From Promethearchaeia archaeon (GTDB taxonomy: Archaea; Asgardarchaeota; Lokiarchaeia; Sigyniarchaeales; SOKP01): a DNA stretch of 50,466 bases. Position 1 is the first letter of the stretch. Each line of letters opens with the position of its first letter. The notes beneath the pieces were generated by a model. That model saw only the letters and a program-made list of their open reading frames with translations, was not told the DNA's origin and made no database searches. Made by a program: the position numbers and the translations under genes. The DNA lies in NCBI GenBank assembly GCA_029856105.1, contig JAHQWH010000036.1, forward strand, positions 1 to 50,466, written 5' to 3'. Below are positions 10,479 to 20,624 of the stretch, piece by piece.

Positions 10479-11813
10479 TTAATAATCAATTTTAGGGATA
10501 TAATCTTCATTTTCTCTGCGTGGAGGCTTGTATTTAAAGAATCTTCGAGATTCACTGTCCTCTAGCACATAATTACTGCCCCCGCCATGTACCATACAAT
10601 AGGGGTCAAAAAGACCAATTTCATTGGCGTATTGTCTAGTAAAACCCCGACCACCCATAGTTCTGAAACAATGAATAGCGCTTTCAAACCCTAGTTCCGT
10701 TGTACTTATTTTTAAGCCCATTGTATTGGCTGCCATTAATTTAGAACCCACTAATTCGGGATGTTCGTCTAATTGCCTTACATATTGTATCATAGCAGAA
10801 ATTAATAAATTCAACTCTCGAATTTTTCGAGATATTGGAAATCGTATAACTTGATATTGATGTAATCTATGTTTAAATTGTTTACGCTGGAGGGCGTAGG
10901 CATGAGAATAAATCAATTTTTTCATGGTGTCACCTAAAGCCTCGGCACTTATAACCAAACGCTCTTCTGTTAATTGATGAAACATAATATCTAATCCATG
11001 TCCTTTAAGTAGATTTTCTTTTGGAATTTCAGTTCTGTCAAATATCAATCGGCTGACAAACGCATCGGTCATGCCATATGTTCTAACCCGAGAACTTAGA
11101 AAGTTTTTTAACTTCTGATTCTCCGTATCGACTATAACAGCGGCTAATTGTCCATTATTTAATCTCCCATATAAAATCATGTAATCAGCGATCATACCGT
11201 TAGTTATAAACAGTTTTTTACCTTTTGCGATTATTTTATCGTCTTTTTCTAGTAAAGATAATTCCATATTAAAAATATCAGACCCTGCGTTAAATTCAGT
11301 CATAGCAGAAGCAGCAATTTGACCATCTTTTGCAACAGGAGTTAAAAAATTTTCTTTTTGAGCATCATTGGAAGCGTAATTCACAGGATTGCAATAAAGC
11401 GTGCCTCCTGCAAGTCGCCCCATCTCTACGCTATAATTACCGGCAATATATCTCTCGCTATATTCACTCCACCGGCCACCACATAAAGCATAGGCAATTA
11501 AAGCGTTCCTAGTAATCCGCCCTACATCATAATCTTCTATGTTAAGAACTGTGGAATAATATCCTTTATTAGATAACTTTTTCATTATTCCAATAACTAT
11601 TTCTTTCTTTTTGTCTTGAGTAGGTTCCTCAACAAGATAGTTTAATTCTTCTAATTTCCTTAGTTCTGGATCAAGCTCTTTCTCCATAAATTCATAAAGT
11701 TCTGCTAAAAATTCTTTTTCTTGAGCGGTAAGCATGGGATTATTCAGTAAATCTAATTCTGGTACATATTTTTGGATTTTGATTTTTTCAAACTCTCTGA
11801 TTCTTGTATCCAT
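10479..11813 (-). CDS. Acyl-CoA dehydrogenase family protein
   Basis: AMTEFNAGSD, GKKLFITNG, QRKQF, MGGRGF. Confidence 0.9.
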   Translation of the reverse strand: MDTRIREFEKIKIQKYVPELDLLNNPMLTAQEKEFLAELYEFMEKELDPELRKLEELNYLVEEPTQDKKKEIVIGIMKKLSNKGYYSTVLNIEDYDVGRITRNALIAYALCGGRWSEYSERYIAGNYSVEMGRLAGGTLYCNPVNYASNDAQKENFLTPVAKDGQIAASAMTEFNAGSDIFNMELSLLEKDDKIIAKGKKLFITNGMIADYMILYGRLNNGQLAAVIVDTENQKLKNFLSSRVRTYGMTDAFVSRLIFDRTEIPKENLLKGHGLDIMFHQLTEERLVISAEALGDTMKKLIYSHAYALQRKQFKHRLHQYQVIRFPISRKIRELNLLISAMIQYVRQLDEHPELVGSKLMAANTMGLKISTTELGFESAIHCFRTMGGRGFTRQYANEIGLFDPYCMVHGGGSNYVLEDSESRRFFKYKPPRRENEDYIPKIDY

Positions 11814-11998
11814 ATTATTTCAATCATTTTTTTAATTTTTAAACTTTATTTTAGTTCTAATTAATTCTTTTGTGAATAAAATTTAAATTGATCATAATTA
11901 GAAATCTTTTAATCATAGTGAAATTAAAATATCATATCAATTAGATATTTAAAATCTAATTATTAAAAAAGAATTTTATTAAAAAAAGTGAATAAAAA

Positions 11999-13420
11999 AT
12001 GATTAAATTTAGCGATAAACAACTGAAAATCCCCAAAATGTCTAAACCTGTATACTTAGCTACTGTAGGCATGTCAAAATTCGACCGTGCTTTCCCTGAA
12101 ACTCGAACGGAGGAGTTATGTGTCCAAGCTTTAACGGCAGCTGCTGATTTTGTTAAGATGACCCCTGCTGAATTGAAAAGTTTCATTCATACTGCTTATT
12201 ACGGTCATTTTGCGGACCATTTTGGAGATCAATTATTAGGAGAAGCAGTCATTCACGATAGACTTGGTCTGGATCCATTAGGAACCATCGGTGTCAAAAC
12301 GGGCGGAGCTACGGGAGGATCCACCATGTGGGAGGCAATTAAAACCGTTGCATCAGGGTATAGCGATTGTGCCCTTGCTTTAGGTTGGGAGAGAATGGAT
12401 GAAGTTCCAACTGATGAAGGTAATCATCTCATTTCTGCAGCTGCAGATAAAGATTGGGAAACTCCATTAGGTCATATCTACACGGGTTACTACGCTGTAA
12501 TGGCTCAAAGATATTGGCAAATTTTTGGTAAAGCAGAAGAATCTTTTAGGAAAACTATGGCAGAAATTGCTGTCAAAAACCGTGGTTATGCAAGAATGAA
12601 TCCTCACGCACATGGACCTATGGAGATCACTGTTGAAGATGTAATCAATTCTCCTGTCATTGCTTATCCCTTACGTGCCTTGGATTGTTGTTTAATGAGC
12701 GTAGGATCTGCTTGCGGCGTTGTTTGCGATGAAAAAACTGCTTATGAGATAACTGATAACCCTCTTCGAATATGGATAGGTGCTGGAAGTCATACACTAA
12801 GAGTGGCTGATCGTCGTAATATGAAAATACCCCTTTTACCAAACGAAAAACCAGGACAATACGATAATTTAGGTAAAAGATTTCCTGGAGCCGATAGGTA
12901 TCCCGGTTTTAGTAGTTTTTTAGCTGCTCGTGTGGCGGCTTATTATGCCTATAACATGACTGGGGTTGTTGATCCAATTGATGATCTTGATGTTGTAGAA
13001 CTACACGATGCCTTTACAATTAGCGATATTCAAACTTATGAGGACATAGGTATTACTCCTTATGGAGATGGGCGTAGTTATATTGAGTCTGGTGAAGCAT
13101 ACCATACAAACCCAAACACTAAAAAACCAGGTAAATTACCTAGCAATTTATGTGGTGGATTAATCGGTTGTATGCATGCTGTTGGAGCAACCGGGCTTAT
13201 GCAAATTGCAGAAATTGGATATCATATATGGAATCGATGGGACGAAATTCATGAGCCCCATGAAAAATGGGACGCTTTTGGTAGAGAAAAACCGAAAGAT
13301 TGGTCAAGCCTTCAAGTAAAAGGGGCAAAAAGAGGTTTAGCAATAAGTCATGCTGGTGTGGGCTCTCATGTAACTTGTACAATTTTAATGCATCCAAATC
13401 ACTTAATCAAGGAGGAATAA
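11999..13420 (+). CDS. SCP2-type thiolase-fold protein (lacks the nucleophilic Cys)
   Basis: ELHDAF, GGLIGCMHAVGATG, VKTGGATGG. Confidence 0.9.
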   Translation: MIKFSDKQLKIPKMSKPVYLATVGMSKFDRAFPETRTEELCVQALTAAADFVKMTPAELKSFIHTAYYGHFADHFGDQLLGEAVIHDRLGLDPLGTIGVKTGGATGGSTMWEAIKTVASGYSDCALALGWERMDEVPTDEGNHLISAAADKDWETPLGHIYTGYYAVMAQRYWQIFGKAEESFRKTMAEIAVKNRGYARMNPHAHGPMEITVEDVINSPVIAYPLRALDCCLMSVGSACGVVCDEKTAYEITDNPLRIWIGAGSHTLRVADRRNMKIPLLPNEKPGQYDNLGKRFPGADRYPGFSSFLAARVAAYYAYNMTGVVDPIDDLDVVELHDAFTISDIQTYEDIGITPYGDGRSYIESGEAYHTNPNTKKPGKLPSNLCGGLIGCMHAVGATGLMQIAEIGYHIWNRWDEIHEPHEKWDAFGREKPKDWSSLQVKGAKRGLAISHAGVGSHVTCTILMHPNHLIKEE

Positions 13421-13425
13421 AAATA

Positions 13426-14025
13426 ATGCCAAAAACTGAAGAAGAAAAAGGTTTTGTTTCTGTTATTAATGGAAGATACAAACCAAAAGGAAAATTTCAT
13501 ATCATTGAGGCAAATCAACCGATTTTTAACAAAGACACAGGAAAATTAGCTGGTGTTACAAATCCTAGAGATATGACTTATATCCACTCTTATGGTGGTG
13601 AAGCTATTTTTTTCGAATCTCTTAGTAAGGGAAAATTGATGGCTACAAGATGCGATAATGATAAATGTGATTTCAAAGGATCGATCTACCTACCTTTCAG
13701 GATTTATTGCCCAGATTGTCTACGAAAAATGTTTGCAATTGATTTTACTGAGAAAGCAAAAAATAGCGCCAGAATTCATTCCTTCATTATAACCCATCGA
13801 GCGGGAGCGTTTAATACCCTAAAAAAGCCAATTAAATTCATTAATATAGAATTTGATGGTGCAGTCACAATATTAATGAGTTATCTCTCGGTAGGAGACC
13901 CCGAACTAGAAAAACGCGTGGTACCCATTTTTAAAACAAAAAACCCCACTTATACTATAATGGATCTCTCATTTGTTCCCGAAGGAACCTCAGAATCGGA
14001 ATTACCTGAAGGATTTACTTTTTAA
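13426..14025 (+). CDS. DUF35 Zn-ribbon/OB-fold thiolase partner
   Basis: GGAGG RBS then ATG 13426; CDNDKC and CPDC, followed by an OB-fold. Confidence 0.85.
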   Translation: MPKTEEEKGFVSVINGRYKPKGKFHIIEANQPIFNKDTGKLAGVTNPRDMTYIHSYGGEAIFFESLSKGKLMATRCDNDKCDFKGSIYLPFRIYCPDCLRKMFAIDFTEKAKNSARIHSFIITHRAGAFNTLKKPIKFINIEFDGAVTILMSYLSVGDPELEKRVVPIFKTKNPTYTIMDLSFVPEGTSESELPEGFTF

Positions 14026-14143
14026 GTTTTAATATTTTCTTATTTTTTTTTTAATTCCTTTTAAAATGTTTAATGAGTATAATCTTCTTTTAATAAATGA
14101 AAATTTTAGTGTATTGAAATTAAAAGAAAAAAAGTAAAAGAAT

Positions 14144-15031
14144 TTATTGTTGATAAAGATGTAATATTTTTCTCGCTTCTTCAGGCGTAGCAATTTCTCG
14201 CCCTGCTATTTTCGAAACTTTAGCGGCCCATTCTACTTGTTCCCACGAGCCTTTAGCTAATGCTCCATCAACTGTACGGATATTATCTTCTAAACCAACC
14301 CTTATGTGTCCACCCATTGCTGCGGCGCACATTCCTGCTTGAAATTGATTTCTTGCTACTCCACACACACTCCAGCTAGCGTCAGGTGGTTTTAAATTAA
14401 GCAAATGTGCTAAATTTTCGAAAGAAAAAGGGACACCACCCAAAACTCCAAAAACAAATTGGAAGTGAAGAGGTGGATCCAGAATCACCTTCGCTTGTTT
14501 GCTAAGATGAAGAATGTTATACATGCCTCCAAAATCATATACTTCGATTTCTGGTTTAACTTGATTTTTTTTCATTGTTTTCGCGAATTTTTGAATCGTA
14601 TCAAATGTATTTGCGAATATAGCCTTAGCACCAAGTCCAACGGCTCCTGTTTTATGGTCTCCAACAGCGAAGTTCATTGAATTGGAATTTAAGGAAGCAA
14701 TTGGAGGTTTAAATGTTGTAACAGGAGCTATTCTTTGTTTATCAGTTACTATTAAACTGATAGCAGAACTTAAGTTGATTAGAATATCTGGAGCCTTTTC
14801 TTTGATGTTATCTAATACGGCTTTAATTATTTCTAATTCGTGCGTTGGATTGCCTTTTTCTGGGTCTCTTGCGTGGATGTGCACAATTGCTGCTCCTGCA
14901 TCGTAACATTTTTTTGCCTCATCCCCAAATTCTTCGGGTGTATATGGAACAGCGGGATTTTGAGATTTTATCGTCGCAGCACCGGCGAGAGCGGCTGTTA
15001 TAACTAATTTTTTTGATAAATCTTCTGACAT
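14144..15031 (-). CDS. Beta-keto acid cleavage enzyme (BKACE/DUF849, Kce-like)
   Basis: GAAIVHIHAR, PEIEVYD, GHIRVGLEDN. Confidence 0.92.
   Translation of the reverse strand: MSEDLSKKLVITAALAGAATIKSQNPAVPYTPEEFGDEAKKCYDAGAAIVHIHARDPEKGNPTHELEIIKAVLDNIKEKAPDILINLSSAISLIVTDKQRIAPVTTFKPPIASLNSNSMNFAVGDHKTGAVGLGAKAIFANTFDTIQKFAKTMKKNQVKPEIEVYDFGGMYNILHLSKQAKVILDPPLHFQFVFGVLGGVPFSFENLAHLLNLKPPDASWSVCGVARNQFQAGMCAAAMGGHIRVGLEDNIRTVDGALAKGSWEQVEWAAKVSKIAGREIATPEEARKILHLYQQ
14216..14260 (+). repeat. 45-nt exact repeat shared by the BKACE paralogues (copy 2 at 15251-15295)
   Basis: aactttagcggcccattctacttgttcccacgagcctttagctaa is present in both genes. Confidence 0.85.
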
Positions 15032-15166
15032 TTTATATACCTATTTTTATTTTCGATTTTATTAAATTTAAAAATTTTTTCTTATTTTTTTAATTCTTCG
15101 TAAAAATATTATAAAAAAAAATATAATGGTTTAGAATTAAACTTGAGTTTAAATTCAACCTAATCC

Positions 15167-16066
15167 TTATAGTGACACATGTTCTTGCTTTAGATGAAAT
15201 ATTTTTCTTGCTTCTTCACCTTGTGCTAGTTCTCTCCCGGCTATTTTTGCAACTTTAGCGGCCCATTCTACTTGTTCCCACGAGCCTTTAGCTAACTCAC
15301 CTGAAACGGCACGAGTGTTGTCCTCTAAACCAACACGGATATGTCCGCCCCATGCGGCAGCACATAATCCAGCTTGAAATTGTTGCTTAGAAACGCCACA
15401 AACGCTCCAAGTAGCATTCGAAGGCTTTAGATCGAGCATTAAAGCGAGATTTCTTGGTGTGAATGGAATTCCTCCAAGTACGCCCCATACAAACTGGAAA
15501 TGAAGCGGTTGAGTGAATGCACCTTCTTGTCTATTTAGGAAAAGCATACTATATATACCTCCTAAGTCGTAAATTTCCATTTCCGGTTTAGTTCCAGCTT
15601 TTTTCATCTCTTTCGCAAATTTCGAAATAGTTTTAAATGTGTTTGCGAAGATATTTCCTGCTCCCATACCAACTTTTCCTGTTCTGTAATCACCAACTGC
15701 GAAATTCATGGACGCAGTATTTAACGAAGCTAAAGGTGGTTTGAAGGTTTGAACCGGCGCTATTCTTTGTTTATCAGTAGCAACTGAACTAATTGCACTA
15801 CTTAAGTTGATTATTAAATCTGGTGATTTTGATTTTATATTATCTAACACTGCTTTTATTAAATCTAAGTCATGCGTTGGATTACCTTTTTCGGGATGTC
15901 GAGCATGGATATGGACAATCGCAGCACCCGCATCATAACATTTTTTCGCTTCATCTCCAAATTCTTCTGCTGTATATGGAACGCTTGGATTATTTTCCTT
16001 AGTTGTGATTGCACCAGCTAATGCTGCTGAAATAACTAACTTATTTTCTGGGTTCGATTCTGACAT
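15167..16066 (-). CDS. Beta-keto acid cleavage enzyme (BKACE/DUF849), tandem paralogue
   Basis: Same motifs as the adjacent gene and clearly similar to it. Confidence 0.92.
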   Translation of the reverse strand: MSESNPENKLVISAALAGAITTKENNPSVPYTAEEFGDEAKKCYDAGAAIVHIHARHPEKGNPTHDLDLIKAVLDNIKSKSPDLIINLSSAISSVATDKQRIAPVQTFKPPLASLNTASMNFAVGDYRTGKVGMGAGNIFANTFKTISKFAKEMKKAGTKPEMEIYDLGGIYSMLFLNRQEGAFTQPLHFQFVWGVLGGIPFTPRNLALMLDLKPSNATWSVCGVSKQQFQAGLCAAAWGGHIRVGLEDNTRAVSGELAKGSWEQVEWAAKVAKIAGRELAQGEEARKIFHLKQEHVSL

Positions 16067-16359
16067 TTTTTATACCTATTTTTAATAGTATGGATTGTAA
16101 TAAATATTATAATTTTATTGTTGAATAAAAATTAAGTATCTTTCTATTTAAATTTTAAAAGTATGATAATTCTTAAAAAAGACTGGTTTTAAAAATTTCC
16201 TTTAAAGATCTACAAAATTGATCATAAATTAGGGAAAAATGATTGATTCTCAAAATTTAAAAAATAGAACTATTGAAAATTTTTTATACCTAATTCAATA
16301 TTTATGATTATAGCATTTTGATAAATATTTTAAATAAAATAAAAAGGAAAAAAACAGAT

Positions 16360-17502
16360 ATGGATAAAGTAGGAATAGTTGGATGTACACAAACTAAATA
16401 CGAAGCAGATAAAATCGATCAAACTTACTCCGAACTTGTTTTTGAAGTTGTAAAAAAGCTTTACAACGAATTAGGAATTACTAATGACGATATAGGGTGC
16501 GTTATTACTAGTTCCAATGATTTTAACGATGGTAGAACGATCGCAAACATGGCTATACAAGATGCTGTAGGATCTGTTGGAAAAGCAGAGTCTAGAGTCT
16601 CTGGAGATGGTGCTTTCGCTTATATTTACGGCGCAATGAGAATTTTGTCAGAGTCATTCGATACGGTAATGGTAGTTTCACATTGTAAATGCTCTGAAGT
16701 TAACCAATATTTAGTAAACAATACAATTTTTGATCCTTATTATCAAAGACATTTAGGTTTAGATCAAATTTCATCAGCAGGTTTAATGGCTAACATGTAT
16801 ATGAATAAATATGGTGTGACTGAAGACCAAGCCGCTAAAGTTGTAGTTAAAAATCGGAAAAACGCTCTCAATAATCCTTATGCGCATTTACAGAAAGAAG
16901 TTTCAATTAACGATGTTCTTAATTCAAAGATGATGGCACATCCTCTAAAAGAATTAGATTTCCCTCCTTTCTCAGATGGTGCGGTGGCTATGCTATTAGC
17001 AAAAGAAGATATAGCTAAAAAGATGACAGATACGCCCGTTTGGCTTAATGGTTATGGAAGTTGTACTGATGCGTATTATTTAGGCCATAGGAACATGACG
17101 GATTTGGTAGGTTTAGAATTAGCCGCTAAGCAAGCTTACAAAATGGCGGGTATTACCGATCCTATTAAAGAAATGGATGTTTGTGAAGTAAGCGAAAACT
17201 TCAGTGCTCACGAATTAATGATTTACGAAGCACTAGGATTATGCGGTCCTGGAGAAGGTGGAAAATTTATAGAGGGAGGGGAAACAGAGATGAATGGTTC
17301 TATTCCAGTAAATCCCTCCGGAGGCGTGTTATCGAGTAATCCCATAATGGCAAATGGTTTAATTAGAGTCGCTGAAATTGCGTTACAATTGAAGGGTAAG
17401 GCAGGGAAAAGACAAATTCCTAACGCAAAAACGGGTTTAGCTTACGGAATGAACGGAATATGTTCTCAAGGAAACTGTGTATTAATATTTGGAGGCGAAT
17501 GA
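16360..17502 (+). CDS. Thiolase-fold protein, Ltp4-like
   Basis: SSNDFNDGRTI, ESRVSGDGAFA, VNPSGGVLSSNP; no catalytic Cys/His motifs. Confidence 0.85.
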   Translation: MDKVGIVGCTQTKYEADKIDQTYSELVFEVVKKLYNELGITNDDIGCVITSSNDFNDGRTIANMAIQDAVGSVGKAESRVSGDGAFAYIYGAMRILSESFDTVMVVSHCKCSEVNQYLVNNTIFDPYYQRHLGLDQISSAGLMANMYMNKYGVTEDQAAKVVVKNRKNALNNPYAHLQKEVSINDVLNSKMMAHPLKELDFPPFSDGAVAMLLAKEDIAKKMTDTPVWLNGYGSCTDAYYLGHRNMTDLVGLELAAKQAYKMAGITDPIKEMDVCEVSENFSAHELMIYEALGLCGPGEGGKFIEGGETEMNGSIPVNPSGGVLSSNPIMANGLIRVAEIALQLKGKAGKRQIPNAKTGLAYGMNGICSQGNCVLIFGGE

Positions 17503-17504
17503 AT

Positions 17505-18671
17505 ATGACAAAACACGATGTGGCCGTTGTCGGCATGGGTCAAACTAAATTCAGAAGTAAGAGAAGAGATGTTAATATCCCTGAAATGATATACGAAGCC
17601 GTTAAAATGGCTCTTGACGATGCTCAACTTGAACCTAAAGAGATAGATGCCATAATAATTGGGAATATGGACCATTTTGAAGGAATTAATTTCTCTGAAT
17701 TGTTCTGTGGAATTGAAGGTGCTCCTGGATATTTAAAACCTGTAGTTAAGGTTGCAACAGGAGGCACAACCGGTAGTTCCTTAGCTATATGTGGTTATCA
17801 CAATGTTGCCTCAGGAATTTATAACAAGGTTTTAGTTGTTGGTTGGGAAAAATTAAACGAAGGTGGAGCTACTACTGGGATAATAACGGCATTTGATCCG
17901 GTATGGGAAAGACCATCTTTAGCCGGTGCTCTCGGTCCACTAGCCCTTATGGCAGGTATGTATTCGGCCAAATATGGAATAACATCAGAACAAGCAGCAA
18001 AAGTTACTGTAAAAAATAGGAGTAACGCGGCAAATAATCCATTTGCACATTTACAGATGCCAAATATTACCGTTGATTATGTTATGAGCTCTCAAATGAT
18101 ATCATATCCTTTAAGGCTACACGATGTTTGCCCTCAAAGCGAAGGCGCTTGTGCTCTTATTTACGCTAATGAGGAAGAAACTAAAAAGATAACCGATAAC
18201 CCCGCTTGGTTCCACGCGGTAGAAACTGCCCATTATTACACTTTTGGCACTGATGAAGCAATGTTCGATCTTCCTACTGCTACAATCGCGTCTAAGAAAG
18301 CTTATAAAAAAGCAGGCATTAAAAACCCCGTAAAGGATTTAGATGTAGCAGAAATCTATGAACCGACATCTTGGAGCGAACTTTCATGGACCGAAGCTTT
18401 AGGTTTTTGCAAACCTGGTGAAGGCGGAAAATTATTAGACGAAGGAATAACATTAATGAGTGGAGAGTTTCCTGTCAATCCCTCAGGTGGCGTTTTAAGC
18501 ACAAATCCTATTGGGGCTACGGCATTAGTGCGAGTTGCAGAAGCTGCAATTCAAGTAATGGGAAGGGGTGAGAAAAGACAAGTACCCGATGTAGAAAAAG
18601 CTCTCGCAATGGGATTTGGCGGAAGTCTTTGGACGGAAATTCTAATATTAGGAAAAGAACCTTTGAGGTGA
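17505..18671 (+). CDS. Thiolase-fold protein, Ltp3-like
   Basis: DHFEG, EIYEPTSWSELSWTEALGF, VNPSGGVLSTNPIGATALVRVAEAAIQVMG. Confidence 0.85.
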   Translation: MTKHDVAVVGMGQTKFRSKRRDVNIPEMIYEAVKMALDDAQLEPKEIDAIIIGNMDHFEGINFSELFCGIEGAPGYLKPVVKVATGGTTGSSLAICGYHNVASGIYNKVLVVGWEKLNEGGATTGIITAFDPVWERPSLAGALGPLALMAGMYSAKYGITSEQAAKVTVKNRSNAANNPFAHLQMPNITVDYVMSSQMISYPLRLHDVCPQSEGACALIYANEEETKKITDNPAWFHAVETAHYYTFGTDEAMFDLPTATIASKKAYKKAGIKNPVKDLDVAEIYEPTSWSELSWTEALGFCKPGEGGKLLDEGITLMSGEFPVNPSGGVLSTNPIGATALVRVAEAAIQVMGRGEKRQVPDVEKALAMGFGGSLWTEILILGKEPLR

Positions 18672-18675
18672 TAAT

Positions 18676-19167
18676 ATGAGTAGAAAAAAAGGTCAAGAAA
18701 AAGTGTTTGAAATTAAATGGAAAACTGACTTACCGTACAGATATTCAATTGGCAAACTTGCAGTTAAATTTTTCGAGGAACTCAAAAAAAATAAAAAGAT
18801 AATGGGAAGTAAATGCTCAAAATGTGGTAAGGTCCATTTTCCACCAAGAGCAGTTTGTGCCGATTGCATGGTTGAAATGACTATCGATGATATGGTTGAA
18901 TTATCCCCTAAAGGTACTTTGGAAGGATTCACTGTAGTTAATTATCCGTTCACTGATCCTAACACTGGGGGTATTCGTCCATTTCCATATGGTTATGCCC
19001 TATTCAAATTGGATGGCGCTGATACCTATACAATGCATTTCGTAAATGAAACCGATGTGACTAAGATGAAAATAGGACAACGAGTCGAGGCGGTATTTAG
19101 CGAAGAACTTATAGGTGATTTAACTGCAGATATTCCATATTTTAATATAGTTAAAGAGGAGGAATAA
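18676..19167 (+). CDS. DUF35 Zn-ribbon/OB-fold protein
   Basis: CSKC..PPRAVCADC; KLDGADT; GQRVEAVF. Confidence 0.9.
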   Translation: MSRKKGQEKVFEIKWKTDLPYRYSIGKLAVKFFEELKKNKKIMGSKCSKCGKVHFPPRAVCADCMVEMTIDDMVELSPKGTLEGFTVVNYPFTDPNTGGIRPFPYGYALFKLDGADTYTMHFVNETDVTKMKIGQRVEAVFSEELIGDLTADIPYFNIVKEEE

Positions 19168-19180
19168 GAGGTAGAGAAAA

Positions 19181-19630
19181 ATGACAGATGAAATTGAGAA
19201 AAAAGTATATCACGGTCGAATTAAAGTTCCATACAAGCATACTGCAGGGGCTTATGTAGAAAGGTTTATTACTGAAATAGGAAAAAACAACAAAATTTTC
19301 GGCGTAAAATGCCCAAAGTGCAAAAAAGTTTACGTTCCTCCCAAAATGATTTGTTTCGAATGTTTCGAAAAAATGGAAGAATGGATCGAAGTCGGAAACC
19401 AAGGAACCGTTAAAGGATTTACTGTTATCACACATTCAACACCTGTGATGCCCTTAGAACCCCCTTTTGCTTATGGAATTATCACGCTCGATGGTGCAGA
19501 TACAGATTTTGTGCACATAATAAAAGAAAGCGATCCAAAAAAGCTGAAAATAGGTATGAGAGTTGAGGCTGTGTTTAAAGAGGCGCCACGAAAAAGAATA
19601 TTGGATATAGAATATTTCAATCCAATATAA
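19181..19630 (+). CDS. DUF35 Zn-ribbon/OB-fold protein
   Basis: CPKC..PPKMICFEC; TLDGADT; GMRVEAVF. Confidence 0.9.
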   Translation: MTDEIEKKVYHGRIKVPYKHTAGAYVERFITEIGKNNKIFGVKCPKCKKVYVPPKMICFECFEKMEEWIEVGNQGTVKGFTVITHSTPVMPLEPPFAYGIITLDGADTDFVHIIKESDPKKLKIGMRVEAVFKEAPRKRILDIEYFNPI

Positions 19631-19715
19631 GATAATTTATTTATAACTTTTTTTTATTTCTATTATTATTATAATATTAAATTATTAACGATTTGAATTT
19701 TAAAAGTGATATAAA

Positions 19716-20540
19716 GTGGATAATAATATTGTTTTAGTAGAAGAAAACGAAGAAAAAACCATTACTACCATTAGATTAAACCGATTAGCTAAAAAAAATG
19801 CGATGAATTATGAAATGATAGTAGCATTTGAAAAAGCACTGGATCAAATTGAGCGCACTAACACTAGAGTTGTTATAATAACGGGTAGTGAGGAAATTTT
19901 TAGTGCTGGTATTGATTTAAATTTTTTAACTGGACAAGAAAAAGATCCTGAAGGAGTCATTCCAGATTTAAAAATCCCTCGAAACTTTAGGTATTTTATG
20001 AATACTAGACTACATACTGTCTTTACAAAAATTGAAAAAATGGAGAAACCTGTAATAGCTAAAATTAACGGCTACTGCCTCGGAATGGGTTTTGAATTAG
20101 CTTTAGCTTGTGATTTTCGGTTTTGTCGAGATTCTGCGATCTTTAGCCTGCTAGAAACTAAGATGTCAATAAACCCAGATGTAGGAGGTACAATAAGGTT
20201 AACTAGATTAGCTGGCATTCAAAATGCGAAAGATATCATTTTAACTGGGAGAGAATTTGATGGAAATGAAGCTTACCGTTTAAGAGTGGTGAACAGAGTA
20301 GCTAAAACACCAGATGAATTAGATTCGATAATTAAGATGTATACTGATGAACTTATTGAAAGTGGTCCATTAGGTATTGGTTTAGCTAAAAAATTAATTG
20401 ATGATTGTTATGGTAAGGATGTAGCTTTTGGATTAGAATTAGAAACACTTATCAGCTCTCAATTACTCCAAACAAAAGATACTGTGGGCGGAGCTTTAGC
20501 TAGGCTCCAAAAAACAAAACCCAAATGGCGTTGGAAGTAA
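19716..20540 (+). CDS. Enoyl-CoA hydratase/isomerase (crotonase)
   Basis: FSAGIDL, KPVIAKINGYCLGMGFELALACD. Confidence 0.9.
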   Translation: MDNNIVLVEENEEKTITTIRLNRLAKKNAMNYEMIVAFEKALDQIERTNTRVVIITGSEEIFSAGIDLNFLTGQEKDPEGVIPDLKIPRNFRYFMNTRLHTVFTKIEKMEKPVIAKINGYCLGMGFELALACDFRFCRDSAIFSLLETKMSINPDVGGTIRLTRLAGIQNAKDIILTGREFDGNEAYRLRVVNRVAKTPDELDSIIKMYTDELIESGPLGIGLAKKLIDDCYGKDVAFGLELETLISSQLLQTKDTVGGALARLQKTKPKWRWK

Positions 20541-20624
20541 AATTCATAAATTTTTAATTATTTTTTATTTATTTTTTTTCTTAATTGTAATTTTTTATTA
20601 TTTAAAATATATATAATAAAAAAA

